Assembly: GCA_947490615.1 (NCBI GenBank) | Contig: CANLHK010000009.1 | Location: forward strand, 18,846 to 82,845 | Direction of reading: 5' to 3' | Length of the DNA stretch: 64,000 nt | Origin: Planctomycetaceae bacterium | GTDB lineage: Bacteria; Planctomycetota; Phycisphaerae; Phycisphaerales; SM1A02 | Shown: positions 31,219-40,588 of the stretch, piece by piece | How positions within the stretch are numbered: position 1 is the first letter of the stretch | Layout: the number at the start of each line of letters is the position of its first letter | Made by a program: the position numbers and the translations under genes | The notes under the pieces: model-generated | Databases searched by the model: none | Told to the model about the DNA's origin: nothing | What the model saw: only the letters and a program-made list of their open reading frames with translations

Positions 31219-32211
31219 TCAAGCCAGCGTGGAGAGCAGCTCGCGCAGCACGCCTTCGGAGCTTCTTCCGTGGGCGAGCGCTTCGTAGGTCAGGCGCATG
31301 CGGTGGAGCATGACATCTTCGGCCAGCGCGAAGATGTCCTCAGGAATGGTGTAGTTGCGGCCGTGGATGAAAGCACGCGCGCGGGACGCATGCACCAGTG
31401 CCAACGCGGCGCGCGGGCTGCATCCGAGTTCGATGTCCTCGTGCTTGCGCGTGAGGTTCACCAGTTCGACGCAATCGCGGATGAAGACATCGCTCACATG
31501 AACCGCCTGCACTTGGGCCATCGCTGAAGTGAGATCGCGCACATGCATCCGCTGTTCGCCGTCGATCGCATCGAACGCGGACATGGGCACGGCGCCATCA
31601 CCCTGACGCTTGAGCTTGAGCGCGACCGAGCGGCGCACCACTTCGGCTTCATGTTCGGGTGTCGGATAGGTGAGGCGATGGCGCAGCATGAAGCGATCGA
31701 GCTGCGCTTCGGGCAATTCGAAGGTTCCCGCTTGTTCGACGGGGTTCTGCGTGGCGATCACGAGAAAGGGCGCAGGAAGATCGTGCGTGGTGTCGCCGAT
31801 CGAGACGCGTCGCTCTTGCATGGCTTCAAGGAGTGCGGACTGCACCTTGGGACTCGCGCGGTTGATCTCGTCGGCGAGCAGAAGGTTGGTAAAGACGGGT
31901 CCCTTGTGAATGCGGAACTCGCCCGTCTTTTGCTCGAGAATCTCACTGCCGATGATGTCACTCGGAAGCAAGTCGATGGTGAACTGCACGCGCGCGAAGC
32001 GCAGGTCGATCGCCTTGGCGACGGATTGCACCAACAGCGTCTTGGCGGTTCCTGGCACGCCTTCGAGCAGGAGGTGACCGCCCGTGAGCAGCGCGATCAT
32101 GACGCGCTCCACAACTGAGTCCTGTCCGACGACGGTGCGAGCAACTTGGGTGCGAACATGATCGACAAACGCAGAGCGCCCTTCGATCAACGGTGGCGGG
32201 AGCGTGGTCAT
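31219..32211 (-). CDS. MoxR-family AAA+ ATPase
   Basis: VVGQDSVVERVMIALLTGGHLLLEGVPGTAKTLLVQSVAKAIDLRFARVQFTIDLLPSDIIG is the classic MoxR Walker A region. 330 aa. Confidence 0.9.
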   Translation of the reverse strand: MTTLPPPLIEGRSAFVDHVRTQVARTVVGQDSVVERVMIALLTGGHLLLEGVPGTAKTLLVQSVAKAIDLRFARVQFTIDLLPSDIIGSEILEQKTGEFRIHKGPVFTNLLLADEINRASPKVQSALLEAMQERRVSIGDTTHDLPAPFLVIATQNPVEQAGTFELPEAQLDRFMLRHRLTYPTPEHEAEVVRRSVALKLKRQGDGAVPMSAFDAIDGEQRMHVRDLTSAMAQVQAVHVSDVFIRDCVELVNLTRKHEDIELGCSPRAALALVHASRARAFIHGRNYTIPEDIFALAEDVMLHRMRLTYEALAHGRSSEGVLRELLSTLA

Positions 32212-32213
32212 CG

Positions 32214-33365
32214 TCAGTGGGTCTCTTGCGAGAGGAGTTTCTCGACGATGTCCTTGGACTTCTCGAGCTTGACACCAGCCGCGCGCACGATTCCTGCGCG
32301 GTCGATCAGAATGGTGGTGGGGAGGAACTGCACACCGAACGCCTGCATCGAACTGCCGCGCGCGCGTGCGCCGTCTTTCGTACCGTCTTTCGTTTTAGCG
32401 TCGGTAGGCGGCGTTGCGGTGTCGGCGACTGGCGCGGCGTCTTTCCCGAGCGCGATGCCAGACTTCATCGCAGCGAGCGAGGTCTGGGTCTTCTTCAGAT
32501 CATCGTTGGCGTCGCAGAGCGCGATGAAGATCACGCCTTGGTTGGCGAACTCCTTCTCGAGCTTGGCGAACTCGGCGAGCTGCTTGGTCGCGAGTTCGCC
32601 GCCACTTTCGGTGAAGTGCAACGCGACCACCGATCCGCGCATCTGTTCGGGAGTGAGGGGATTTCCAGCCCATTCCTGCACGCTGAGTGCGGGAGCGGAC
32701 TTGCCTTCAAGCGCGCGCAGCGACGCGGGTCGCTTGGCGCCACCAAGAGAGGCCGCATCACCAAACTCGCTCTCCTTGACGGCAGTGGCCGTCGGTCCCG
32801 CTTCCTTCAAGAGCATCTCGACGACCTTGGCGACATTGGTCGGGATGAGTCCCGCCGCGCGCACGATGCCTTGGCGGTCGATGACGATGTAGGTTGGCCA
32901 GAACTGAAGGTTGTAGGCCTTGGTGCTCGCGCCACCTTTGTCCTTGGCAACGGAGTAGTTGATCTTCTTGTCCTTGACGACCTGCGCCGCGCGATCGAAT
33001 CCTGAGTTCGAATCATGCACGCCAAGGAAGACCAGTCCATCGGACTTGCGCTTCTCGACGAGTTCGACATTCTCAGGAATCGCCGCCATGCATGGCCCGC
33101 ACCAAGTTGCCCAGAAGTCGATGACCACGACCTTGCCGCGTTGGTCGGCGAGGTTGACCGTGTCGCCGATCCACGAGTCGAGTTCCAAGGTGGGCGCGGG
33201 CTTCCCTTCGAGTGCCTTGAGTGGGGCGGGGCGATTCGCGCCCTCGAAGAACCAATCGTCGGGAATCGCGGGAGGTGCGGCGGTCGCCGCGCGGGTGTTC
33301 ACTGCCAAGAGCAGCGATAGAGCCAGGAGCAGGATTCGCGACGCGTGGCGGGCGGAGTGGGCCAT
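32214..33365 (-). CDS. exported tandem TlpA-like thioredoxin/redoxin protein
   Basis: Signal peptide. First domain has VVVIDFWATWCGPC (active CxxC). The second redoxin-like domain (VVALHFTESGGELA...) lacks the CxxC. Its stop is 2 nt before the moxR start. Confidence 0.8.
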   Translation of the reverse strand: MAHSARHASRILLLALSLLLAVNTRAATAAPPAIPDDWFFEGANRPAPLKALEGKPAPTLELDSWIGDTVNLADQRGKVVVIDFWATWCGPCMAAIPENVELVEKRKSDGLVFLGVHDSNSGFDRAAQVVKDKKINYSVAKDKGGASTKAYNLQFWPTYIVIDRQGIVRAAGLIPTNVAKVVEMLLKEAGPTATAVKESEFGDAASLGGAKRPASLRALEGKSAPALSVQEWAGNPLTPEQMRGSVVALHFTESGGELATKQLAEFAKLEKEFANQGVIFIALCDANDDLKKTQTSLAAMKSGIALGKDAAPVADTATPPTDAKTKDGTKDGARARGSSMQAFGVQFLPTTILIDRAGIVRAAGVKLEKSKDIVEKLLSQETH

Positions 33366-33450
33366 TCTGCGAGTGTAACCGCGCGCCTCCGGCGATTCGG
33401 TCGCGGGAAGTTCGAAATGGGCTGAGTTTGCCGCGAAACTGCCTGCGGTC

Positions 33451-34683
33451 TTAGGTCGGGCTGTACGCGAGTTCGAGCGCGAGTTGGTCCGCGAGGCGCG
33501 CGCAGGCCACGCGAATCTCGCGGCGCGCCATGGCCGCGGTCACGCCCTGTTCAGCCCAGACCCGAGCCACGCGCAGCACGCCCGCAGCGCGATCACTGGC
33601 AAGGTCGACGCGTCCGACGAGTGCATCGCCGACGAGAACAGGCATGGTGTAGTAGCCATGCACCCGTTTGGCGGCGGGAACGAACGCCTCAAAGCGATAG
33701 TGAAATCCAAAGAGCCCCACGAGCCGAGCACGATCACGGATGAGTGGATCAAACGGCGCAAGAAGTCGCGCCTGCTTGTGGAGCTTCACCGCCGCAGCGT
33801 CGCGCTTCCACTCGAGGCGCGCGAAGCCCGGCTTTGGCGCGCTGTTTCCTCGTTCAAGAAGCACGCGAGCGAGCGCGCCTGATTTCACCGCACTCGCGCA
33901 CCAACGATTCGCTTCGGCGATGGTCACAGCGTGCATGAAGCGCGAGACTTCGCTCGCGGTGGCTGCGCCGAGCCGGGCGAACGCCTCGCGACAGGCCCAC
34001 TCCACGACGGCAGCGCGCGCGGGTTGTTCAGGCTGCGGCCCGTGCACACGCTCCGAGAGGTCGTAGATTTTTTCGAAGCCGCGGCGACCGTGAACCGCGA
34101 CTTCTCCAGCGCGCCAGAGAAACTCCAGCGCGGCCTTGTGCGGCGACCAGTTCCACCAGCCTTCCGATTTTTCGGCGCTTGCGGGCCGCGGGAAGTCGCG
34201 AGTCGCCAACGGCCCGCGCGCTTCGAGCGTCTTGCGCACCTCGCGGACGACTTTCTTCCACTGCGGACCGAGCCGAGCGCGCATCCACGCGTCACTCTCC
34301 ATTCGCGCGCGGTTGTGCTCAAAGCGGGCCGTCCACCACGGGAGCCAGTCGGTGCGGATGAGGCTGGCGTCGTGGGTCCAATGCTCAAAGAGCTCGCGAG
34401 AGCGCTCCGTGTGATGGGTCAAGAGTGCGGGCGTGTACCCGTCGAGCCGCGTGTGGAGGATGAGATGGTGCGCGCGTTCGACCGAACTGATGCTGTCGAC
34501 TTGGAGAAACCCAAGATCGCGCACGAGTTGGATCACCGATGCGCGCGTCGCCTTGCGTGGCGCGCCATCGAGCGCGCAACCCTCGATGAGCAATCGCCGT
34601 GCCGCTCTCGAAGGGACGATGGGGAGCGCGGCCGCGCTCACGCGGGAAGTTCGAACGAGAGGGGCAGAGGTCGGGGTGGGCAA
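33451..34683 (-). CDS. winged-helix protein of the YcaQ/DUF1006 family (putative crosslink DNA glycosylase)
   Basis: Pattern ...VDSISSVERAHHLILHTRL.GY...HGYYTMPVLVGDALVGRVDL matches what I recall for YcaQ-like proteins. The track start is TTG; an in-frame GTG at 34641 is an alternative. Confidence 0.55.
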   Translation of the reverse strand: MPTPTSAPLVRTSRVSAAALPIVPSRAARRLLIEGCALDGAPRKATRASVIQLVRDLGFLQVDSISSVERAHHLILHTRLDGYTPALLTHHTERSRELFEHWTHDASLIRTDWLPWWTARFEHNRARMESDAWMRARLGPQWKKVVREVRKTLEARGPLATRDFPRPASAEKSEGWWNWSPHKAALEFLWRAGEVAVHGRRGFEKIYDLSERVHGPQPEQPARAAVVEWACREAFARLGAATASEVSRFMHAVTIAEANRWCASAVKSGALARVLLERGNSAPKPGFARLEWKRDAAAVKLHKQARLLAPFDPLIRDRARLVGLFGFHYRFEAFVPAAKRVHGYYTMPVLVGDALVGRVDLASDRAAGVLRVARVWAEQGVTAAMARREIRVACARLADQLALELAYSPT

Positions 34684-34925
34684 GCGCCAAGCGTACCTGC
34701 GAGGCTTCGCGGCTCGTCACCGCGCGACGCGATGCGATGGAATTCTCGGGCACGCGCCCCAATCGGCTGACTTCTCCGAGCAAACAGCGCTTTCGGACAG
34801 TCTCCGTCGAGAGAGGGATTCTCCCCGATGGCGCAGGCGGCAGCTCGCCTGTCCCATGATGGATCATGCCAGAACATCGCACCGTGACACGGCGCGACTG
34901 AGCAACGCGACGGGAGGCAACTCCG

Positions 34926-37900
34926 ATGGATGGACTGAAAGAAGGCGAATCGGCGGTTGGTGCGCTCGTCGCATCGCCGTGGACTTTGCAGCGGTCGCTC
35001 GCGCGCACGCTGCTGGTTCCCGTGTCGCTTGCGGTTCTCATCGTCGCGGTCTGTATGGGAATGGCGATCTGGTCCGTCTCCTCGACGCATCGACTCGAAC
35101 AGGCCCGCGCCGAAGCTCGCACGGTTGCGCGCGCCGTGCAGCGCGCGGGCGTCAGCAATTCCGCGGTCGGGCTTCAGGGATTTGTCGCGGACTTTGCCCG
35201 CGGCGAAGAGGTGCATCTCATCGTCGTCGTCGATGGTGATCCTTCGCGCGTGGTTGCGTCCACGCATGAGCCATGGATCGGACGCGCCCTTGAGGAGCTT
35301 CCAGAGCATATTGTGGCAGAGGATCTGCGGAAGGTGCTCGCGACGCGCGAGGAGGCCACCACCGTCCACGGTCCTGAGCATGAGCTCGATTGCACCGCGC
35401 CGTTTGGAACAGAGGGCGCGGTCATGGTGCACATCGACACGGCCCTCGCGGAGAGCGCAGCGACAGCGTCCATGTGGCAGTTCGGTGGAATCGCCTTCGC
35501 TGGACTGTTGGCGGTGGGTGTGGCTGGGTTGTATTTCTTCCACACCCGCGTCAGCGCACGGCTTGCAGTCTTGGCGCGAAGCGTCACGCATCCCACGCAA
35601 CATCGCGATGGGCTCGAGGCTTCCACGGCGAGTTTGGAGAGTGGGAGGGGCGACGAGATCTCGATCTTGGCTGCGGTCATTCAATCGGCGCGGGAGCGAG
35701 AGCGACAGGACCTCAGTCGGATCGAGCGGCTTGCGATGGTGGCACGCTGCACCACCAACGCGGTGGTCACTGCGGACGCATCGCGGCGCGTGGATTGGGT
35801 CAACGCACGATGCGCGAGTGCCATGGGGCGATCGATCGCAGAGTTTCGCGGTTCGCCAATCCTCGATGCCGTGCAAGGTGGGACCGGCGCAAATCCCGCA
35901 GCCTCACAGTTTCGCGGCGCACTCGCCCGCGGCGACTCGTGCAGAGTGCAACTCTCGACGCGCGCGGGGGAGGGCCTTCGCCATCGGTTTGACACGGAAC
36001 TTCAGCCGCTGCGGAGTGCCGAAGGAGAGATCACTGGATTCGTCTGCATTCAAAGTGATCTCACCGACATCATGGCCTCGCGTGAAGCACTTGCCGCGAG
36101 TGAGCGCGGGCTGCAGCTCGTCGTCGCTGGTGCCGATCTTGGAACTTGGGATTGGGATCTTCAGACCGGCGCGGTGGTGGTGAACGAACGCTGCTGTCGC
36201 ATGCTCGGCTACGAGCCCAACGCGTTGGAGCCGCATGTGCGTGCGTGGGACGACCTGCTCTACGCCCCGGATCGCGCTGCGCGTGAGGAGGCGCTGCACG
36301 CGCACTTCGACGGCCGCACGGAGCACTATCACTTCGAACACCGACTGCGCCACAAGAACGGCTCGCTGGTCTGGGTGCTTGGCGCAGGCCGCGTGTACGA
36401 ACGCGACGCGCAGGGAAAACCGAGCAAGATTGCGGGCGTACACCTTGATATCACTGCGCGTCGACGGGCCGAGGAACGCTTCGAACTCTGCGTCGATGCG
36501 ATCAATGTAGGTGTGTGGGACTGGGATCTGCGGACTGACCACCTCTTCCTCTCAGCTCGATTGCGGACCATGCTCCGCTATCCACCGAATGCCGTGGGAG
36601 ACGAACTGCTGTCACAGGCAAGGATCTTTGAGGAGTGCGTCCTCCCTGAAGATGCCGCGTGGGTTCGAGCCGCACTCGACGCGCACTTCGAGCGAGGCGT
36701 GCCTTACTCGATTGATCTGCGGCTGCGGTCAAGAAGCGGCGAGATTCGTTGGTATCACTCGGCAGGAAAGTGTTCACGCGACGAACAGGGCGTGCCGCTT
36801 CGCATGGCAGGATCCGTTGAGGACATACACGACGCGCGTCCTGCCGAAGAAGCGCGTGTGCGGCTGGCATCGATCGTGGAGTCGTCGGAGGACGCGATCT
36901 TCTTTCTCGGCCTCGATGGACGACCCGTGACCTGGAATCGCGGCGCGGAGAGGATGCTCGGCAAGACCAGTGCGGAGTTTGGGGCGATGCTCGAATCGGA
37001 CACCATTCCCGAGCCGCACCGCGTGCACGAGCTCGCAGCTTTCGCCGAGGTTCTGGCGGGAGGCCGGCTCAACGCCTACATGTCGGAACGCGTGCGTGGG
37101 AACGGCACGGTCCTCGAGGTATCCGTCGCGCTCTCACCCGTGCTTGATGCCTCGGGGCGCGTGATTGGCGCCTCCAAGATCATCCGCGACATCACCGACC
37201 GCAAGGAGAAGCAGCAATTGGCCGCGCTCAATGGGCAGTTGTCGCGGCAGAACCACACGCTCGAAGAGATGACTGAGCGCGCCCATCGGTTTGTCGATGA
37301 TGTTTCGCACGAGTTCCGCACTCCGCTCACCGTGATCCGCGAGTATGCGGGGATCATCGCGGACGGGCTGGGCGGAGCAGTGACGCCTCAACAGAAGGAG
37401 TGGTTGCAAGTCGTCGATGTCGCGTCGCTCGATTTGAACCAGATGGTCGAGGACTTCCTCGACTCCTCCAAACTTCGCGTCGGGCGCTTGCGGGTTGATC
37501 GCCGCGCCTGCACCGCGCAGTCGCTGGTCGCAGGCGTGCGGCAGATGCTGGTCCGCAAGGCCTCAGCGCGCGGGATCAAACTGATCGAAGCAATCGATCC
37601 CGATCTGCCTCGCGTCTACGCCGACGCCGAAAAGGTCCGACGCATCCTGATGAACCTCGCGACCAACGCGATCAAGTTCTCACCTGATCGAAGCGCCATC
37701 GTCCTTGGAGTGCACGCGACGGCGATGGGTGATGTCGAGTTCACCGTGACCGATCAGGGACAGGGATTGACCGAAGGGGATCTTTCCGCGCTGTTTGAGC
37801 GATTCCGACAACTGCCCAGCGTGCTCGCGCCAGGCGTGAAGGGCTTTGGACTCGGACTGAACATCGCGCGCCAATTGGTCTGGCTCAACCTTGGTTCGAT

Positions 37901-38339
37901 CCGTGTGGAGAGCGAGCTTCGCAAGGGCTCGACCTTTGCCTTCACGCTGCCAAGCGAAGATCGCCGAGTCATTCTCGATCGATTCTTTGAGCGGCTTGCT
38001 GAGCGCGAGGATCCTCCGACGGAGGTCGCGGTGTTGCGCATCGCTCGCCCTGCCGACCCGATTGGTCGGGAGCAGCAACGCCGACTGCTTGTGGCCACGA
38101 CGCGGCCCTCGGACATCATGTTGGAGTCCACCGATCAAACTGCGCTTGTCCTCATCGGGCCGACCCAATCTTCGGAAACCTGGCGGATGCGGCTCCTTGA
38201 AGGGCTGAGCGCAGGCGACTCCGCGAGCATGGGTCTCGAGGTGACGATCATTGGAAACTGGAGCTATCCCGAAGGCATCGACGCGGCGCGTGTCGCGTTT
38301 GAGTCGTGCGGAACATTGGAGGTCACTCATGCAGTCTGA
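34926..38339 (+). CDS. membrane sensor histidine kinase with multiple PAS domains
   Basis: Two TM helices flank an ~150-aa extracytoplasmic region. Three or four PAS/PAC units are present (e.g. GTWDWDLQTGAVVVNERCCRMLGY, GVWDWDLRTDHLFLSARL). HisKA H-box VSHEFRTPLTVI. HATPase N/G boxes (NLATNAIKF, DQGQGL, GFGLGLNI). An ~170-aa C-terminal extension is unassigned. Confidence 0.85.
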   Translation: MDGLKEGESAVGALVASPWTLQRSLARTLLVPVSLAVLIVAVCMGMAIWSVSSTHRLEQARAEARTVARAVQRAGVSNSAVGLQGFVADFARGEEVHLIVVVDGDPSRVVASTHEPWIGRALEELPEHIVAEDLRKVLATREEATTVHGPEHELDCTAPFGTEGAVMVHIDTALAESAATASMWQFGGIAFAGLLAVGVAGLYFFHTRVSARLAVLARSVTHPTQHRDGLEASTASLESGRGDEISILAAVIQSARERERQDLSRIERLAMVARCTTNAVVTADASRRVDWVNARCASAMGRSIAEFRGSPILDAVQGGTGANPAASQFRGALARGDSCRVQLSTRAGEGLRHRFDTELQPLRSAEGEITGFVCIQSDLTDIMASREALAASERGLQLVVAGADLGTWDWDLQTGAVVVNERCCRMLGYEPNALEPHVRAWDDLLYAPDRAAREEALHAHFDGRTEHYHFEHRLRHKNGSLVWVLGAGRVYERDAQGKPSKIAGVHLDITARRRAEERFELCVDAINVGVWDWDLRTDHLFLSARLRTMLRYPPNAVGDELLSQARIFEECVLPEDAAWVRAALDAHFERGVPYSIDLRLRSRSGEIRWYHSAGKCSRDEQGVPLRMAGSVEDIHDARPAEEARVRLASIVESSEDAIFFLGLDGRPVTWNRGAERMLGKTSAEFGAMLESDTIPEPHRVHELAAFAEVLAGGRLNAYMSERVRGNGTVLEVSVALSPVLDASGRVIGASKIIRDITDRKEKQQLAALNGQLSRQNHTLEEMTERAHRFVDDVSHEFRTPLTVIREYAGIIADGLGGAVTPQQKEWLQVVDVASLDLNQMVEDFLDSSKLRVGRLRVDRRACTAQSLVAGVRQMLVRKASARGIKLIEAIDPDLPRVYADAEKVRRILMNLATNAIKFSPDRSAIVLGVHATAMGDVEFTVTDQGQGLTEGDLSALFERFRQLPSVLAPGVKGFGLGLNIARQLVWLNLGSIRVESELRKGSTFAFTLPSEDRRVILDRFFERLAEREDPPTEVAVLRIARPADPIGREQQRRLLVATTRPSDIMLESTDQTALVLIGPTQSSETWRMRLLEGLSAGDSASMGLEVTIIGNWSYPEGIDAARVAFESCGTLEVTHAV

Positions 38340-38865
38340 AGTGGTGCACGGACATGGATTGGCCGTTGACGAACCAGATGATCCAACCGCGCAGCGTCGC
38401 GTCTTGGTCATCGATGATGACCGCGGTGTCGCACAGGTGCTGGCGATCCGACTGCGCAGCGCAGGCTACGCCACGACGATCGCTCATGATGGCGCGAGCG
38501 GACTCGAGGCTGCGGAGATGGAACTCCCTGATGCCATTCTGCTCGACATGCGTATGCCTGGGCTCGACGGCCTCGAAACCAACGCGCGCCTGAAACATCA
38601 TGAGAGACTTCGGGACATTCCCGTGGTCTTTCTCTCTGCGAATGTGCAGGATTCTGCGCGTCATGCAGCGTTCGCCGCGGGCGCGGCCGCCTACCTCGTG
38701 AAGCCCTACGAGCCGAGCGAGGTCCTTGAAGCGATCGCGAACGCTCTCGACGCTCGTGCGCGCACTCCAGTCAATCACCGATCGGTCCAGCGGACCGCCG
38801 AGTCAACCGCCGAGTCCACAACCGCAAGGTTTGAAGCAAAGGAAGTCAGCCATGAATCATCCTGA
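38329..38865 (+). CDS. stand-alone response-regulator receiver protein
   Basis: Internal ATG at 38329 overlaps the kinase stop by 11 nt. CheY-like VLVIDDD...ILLDMRMPGLDG...VVFLSA...YLVKP. No output domain. Confidence 0.85.
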   Translation: MQSEVVHGHGLAVDEPDDPTAQRRVLVIDDDRGVAQVLAIRLRSAGYATTIAHDGASGLEAAEMELPDAILLDMRMPGLDGLETNARLKHHERLRDIPVVFLSANVQDSARHAAFAAGAAAYLVKPYEPSEVLEAIANALDARARTPVNHRSVQRTAESTAESTTARFEAKEVSHESS

Positions 38866-39271
38866 AGGCGCCAACATTCTCGTCGTCGACAACGATCCAG
38901 ATCTCGCGCGGGTCATCTCGGTGCGGCTCTCGCGGGCGGGACACCACTGTGTCACTGCGGTCTCGGGTGCGCAAGCGCTTGCCGAGTGGCAACAGCGGAG
39001 TTTCGACATCGTCATCACCGATGTGAACATGCCTGGGGGCGATGGCATCGCACTGGCCGATGCGCTGCAACGCTCGGAAGCGGTGCCCATCATCTTCCTC
39101 ACGGGCTTCAAGCACGAGTTCGCCAAGCGCCTGCGCAATGTCAAGAATGTGACGGTGCTCGAGAAGCCGTTTGACCACGCGATGCTGTTGGAGATCGTCG
39201 AGGCAACACTGGTTGGCGAAACCGTCGGCGACGACGGATGCCGCCATCCTGGTGGTGAAGGCGGCGATTGA
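38852..39271 (+). CDS. stand-alone response-regulator receiver protein
   Basis: Internal ATG at 38852 overlaps the previous receiver gene by 14 nt. ILVVDNDPD...IVITDVNMPGGDG...IIFLTG...LEKP. No output domain. Confidence 0.85.
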   Translation: MNHPEGANILVVDNDPDLARVISVRLSRAGHHCVTAVSGAQALAEWQQRSFDIVITDVNMPGGDGIALADALQRSEAVPIIFLTGFKHEFAKRLRNVKNVTVLEKPFDHAMLLEIVEATLVGETVGDDGCRHPGGEGGD

Positions 39272-39451
39272 ACGGCGGACTCGCGCGGGCCAGGGCCATT
39301 CGCGCGCAGCCGTCGGGCCGCAGGGTTCCATCTGTGCGGGCAGGTCCGTTCTTCACATGGCGTTCGCTGTGGACTACAGGCTGATTGGTGGGTGTGGCGT
39401 GTCGATGTCCAACGGGAGCCGCCTTGATGCGGCGTCCTACAGGACACCGCC

Positions 39452-40579
39452 ATGCCTACGACCGCTGCCGTTGCCGTTGCCACTCTCACACTCGTCGTGA
39501 CTTGCTCGACGCGACCGATCCAAGCCGACGATGGTCGCCGCGATCCGACTCGCGATGGGCTTGGCGTGCTGAGCGGCGCGCGCATCGAAACTCCTCCAAT
39601 GTGGGAGCGCGATGCCGTCCGCGTGATGCACGATGCTGCCCCTTCGAGTGACGCTCGGGCGATGACCGCGCTCGGCGCGCGATACGCCAGTGGTTGTTCG
39701 GTCGAACGCGACGATGGCATGGCCGTGCGTTGCTATGCCAGTGCCGCAGAGCAGGGCGATTCCAACGCGATGTTCCTGCTGGCCTCGATGCACGCGCGTG
39801 GTCGTGGCGTGGTGCGTGATCCGCGCGTCGCCTTCGAGTGGAGGTTGAAAGCCGCCGACGCGGGCAATGTTCGTGCGATGACCAGCGTGGGAAGCGCGTT
39901 CGCGTCAGGCACAGGCGTTGAGGCCGATGGATTTGAAGCGGTGCGTTGGTTCCTCAAGGCTGTCGATGGTGGCGACACGATGGCGATGGCCAATCTTGGC
40001 GCGCTCTACCTCGGTGGATTTGGCGGCAACCACGGTGTGCAAGCCGATCGCACCAAGGCGATCCACTGGTTGCGCGTTGCTGGCGAGTGTGGCGATGTCT
40101 ACTCGATGGTTGCGCTGGGCGATCTCTACTCACGCTCACCGCGAGGCGCGCGCAACTACGACGAAGCGATCCGCTGGTACGCGCGCGCCGTCGCATTGGG
40201 AAACACCAAAGCGATGACGAGTCTCGGCGTGCTCTTCGCCGACGGCAAGGGCTGTGATGCAAAGCCTGCGGAGGCGGCGCGACTGTTTCTTGTCGCAGCC
40301 AAAGACGGTGTGCCTGAAGCGATGCTGAATCTCGCGGGCCTGTACCGCGATGGCCGCGGCGTGACCAAGAGTCTTGAAGAGTCGTACTTCTGGGCATGCA
40401 ATGGCGCTGCGTCGCTGACGGATCGCACGCGCGAATCAGCGCTCGCGTTCACTGCACGCCTTGGTGCCAAGCTCTCGGCCGACGCGCGGGCCATGCTCGA
40501 CGCGCGACACCAGTCGTGGATGGCGCGCGATCGCAGTGCGACCGAGCCGTACGCAGCGGTGAGCGACGAATCCAAGTGA
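39452..40579 (+). CDS. exported Sel1-like repeat (SLR/TPR) protein
   Basis: At least seven repeats of the type A..W..KAA..G...AM..LG..Y..G.GV..D. N-terminal signal peptide. Confidence 0.8.
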   Translation: MPTTAAVAVATLTLVVTCSTRPIQADDGRRDPTRDGLGVLSGARIETPPMWERDAVRVMHDAAPSSDARAMTALGARYASGCSVERDDGMAVRCYASAAEQGDSNAMFLLASMHARGRGVVRDPRVAFEWRLKAADAGNVRAMTSVGSAFASGTGVEADGFEAVRWFLKAVDGGDTMAMANLGALYLGGFGGNHGVQADRTKAIHWLRVAGECGDVYSMVALGDLYSRSPRGARNYDEAIRWYARAVALGNTKAMTSLGVLFADGKGCDAKPAEAARLFLVAAKDGVPEAMLNLAGLYRDGRGVTKSLEESYFWACNGAASLTDRTRESALAFTARLGAKLSADARAMLDARHQSWMARDRSATEPYAAVSDESK

Positions 40580-40588
40580 CGAACGGAT

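Noticed and set aside
34638-35876. 412-aa minus-strand ORF and 408-aa plus-strand ORF 34957..36183
   Set aside because: They overlap the histidine kinase gene in the antisense or an alternative frame. The kinase frame alone yields the TM, PAS, HisKA and HATPase motifs.
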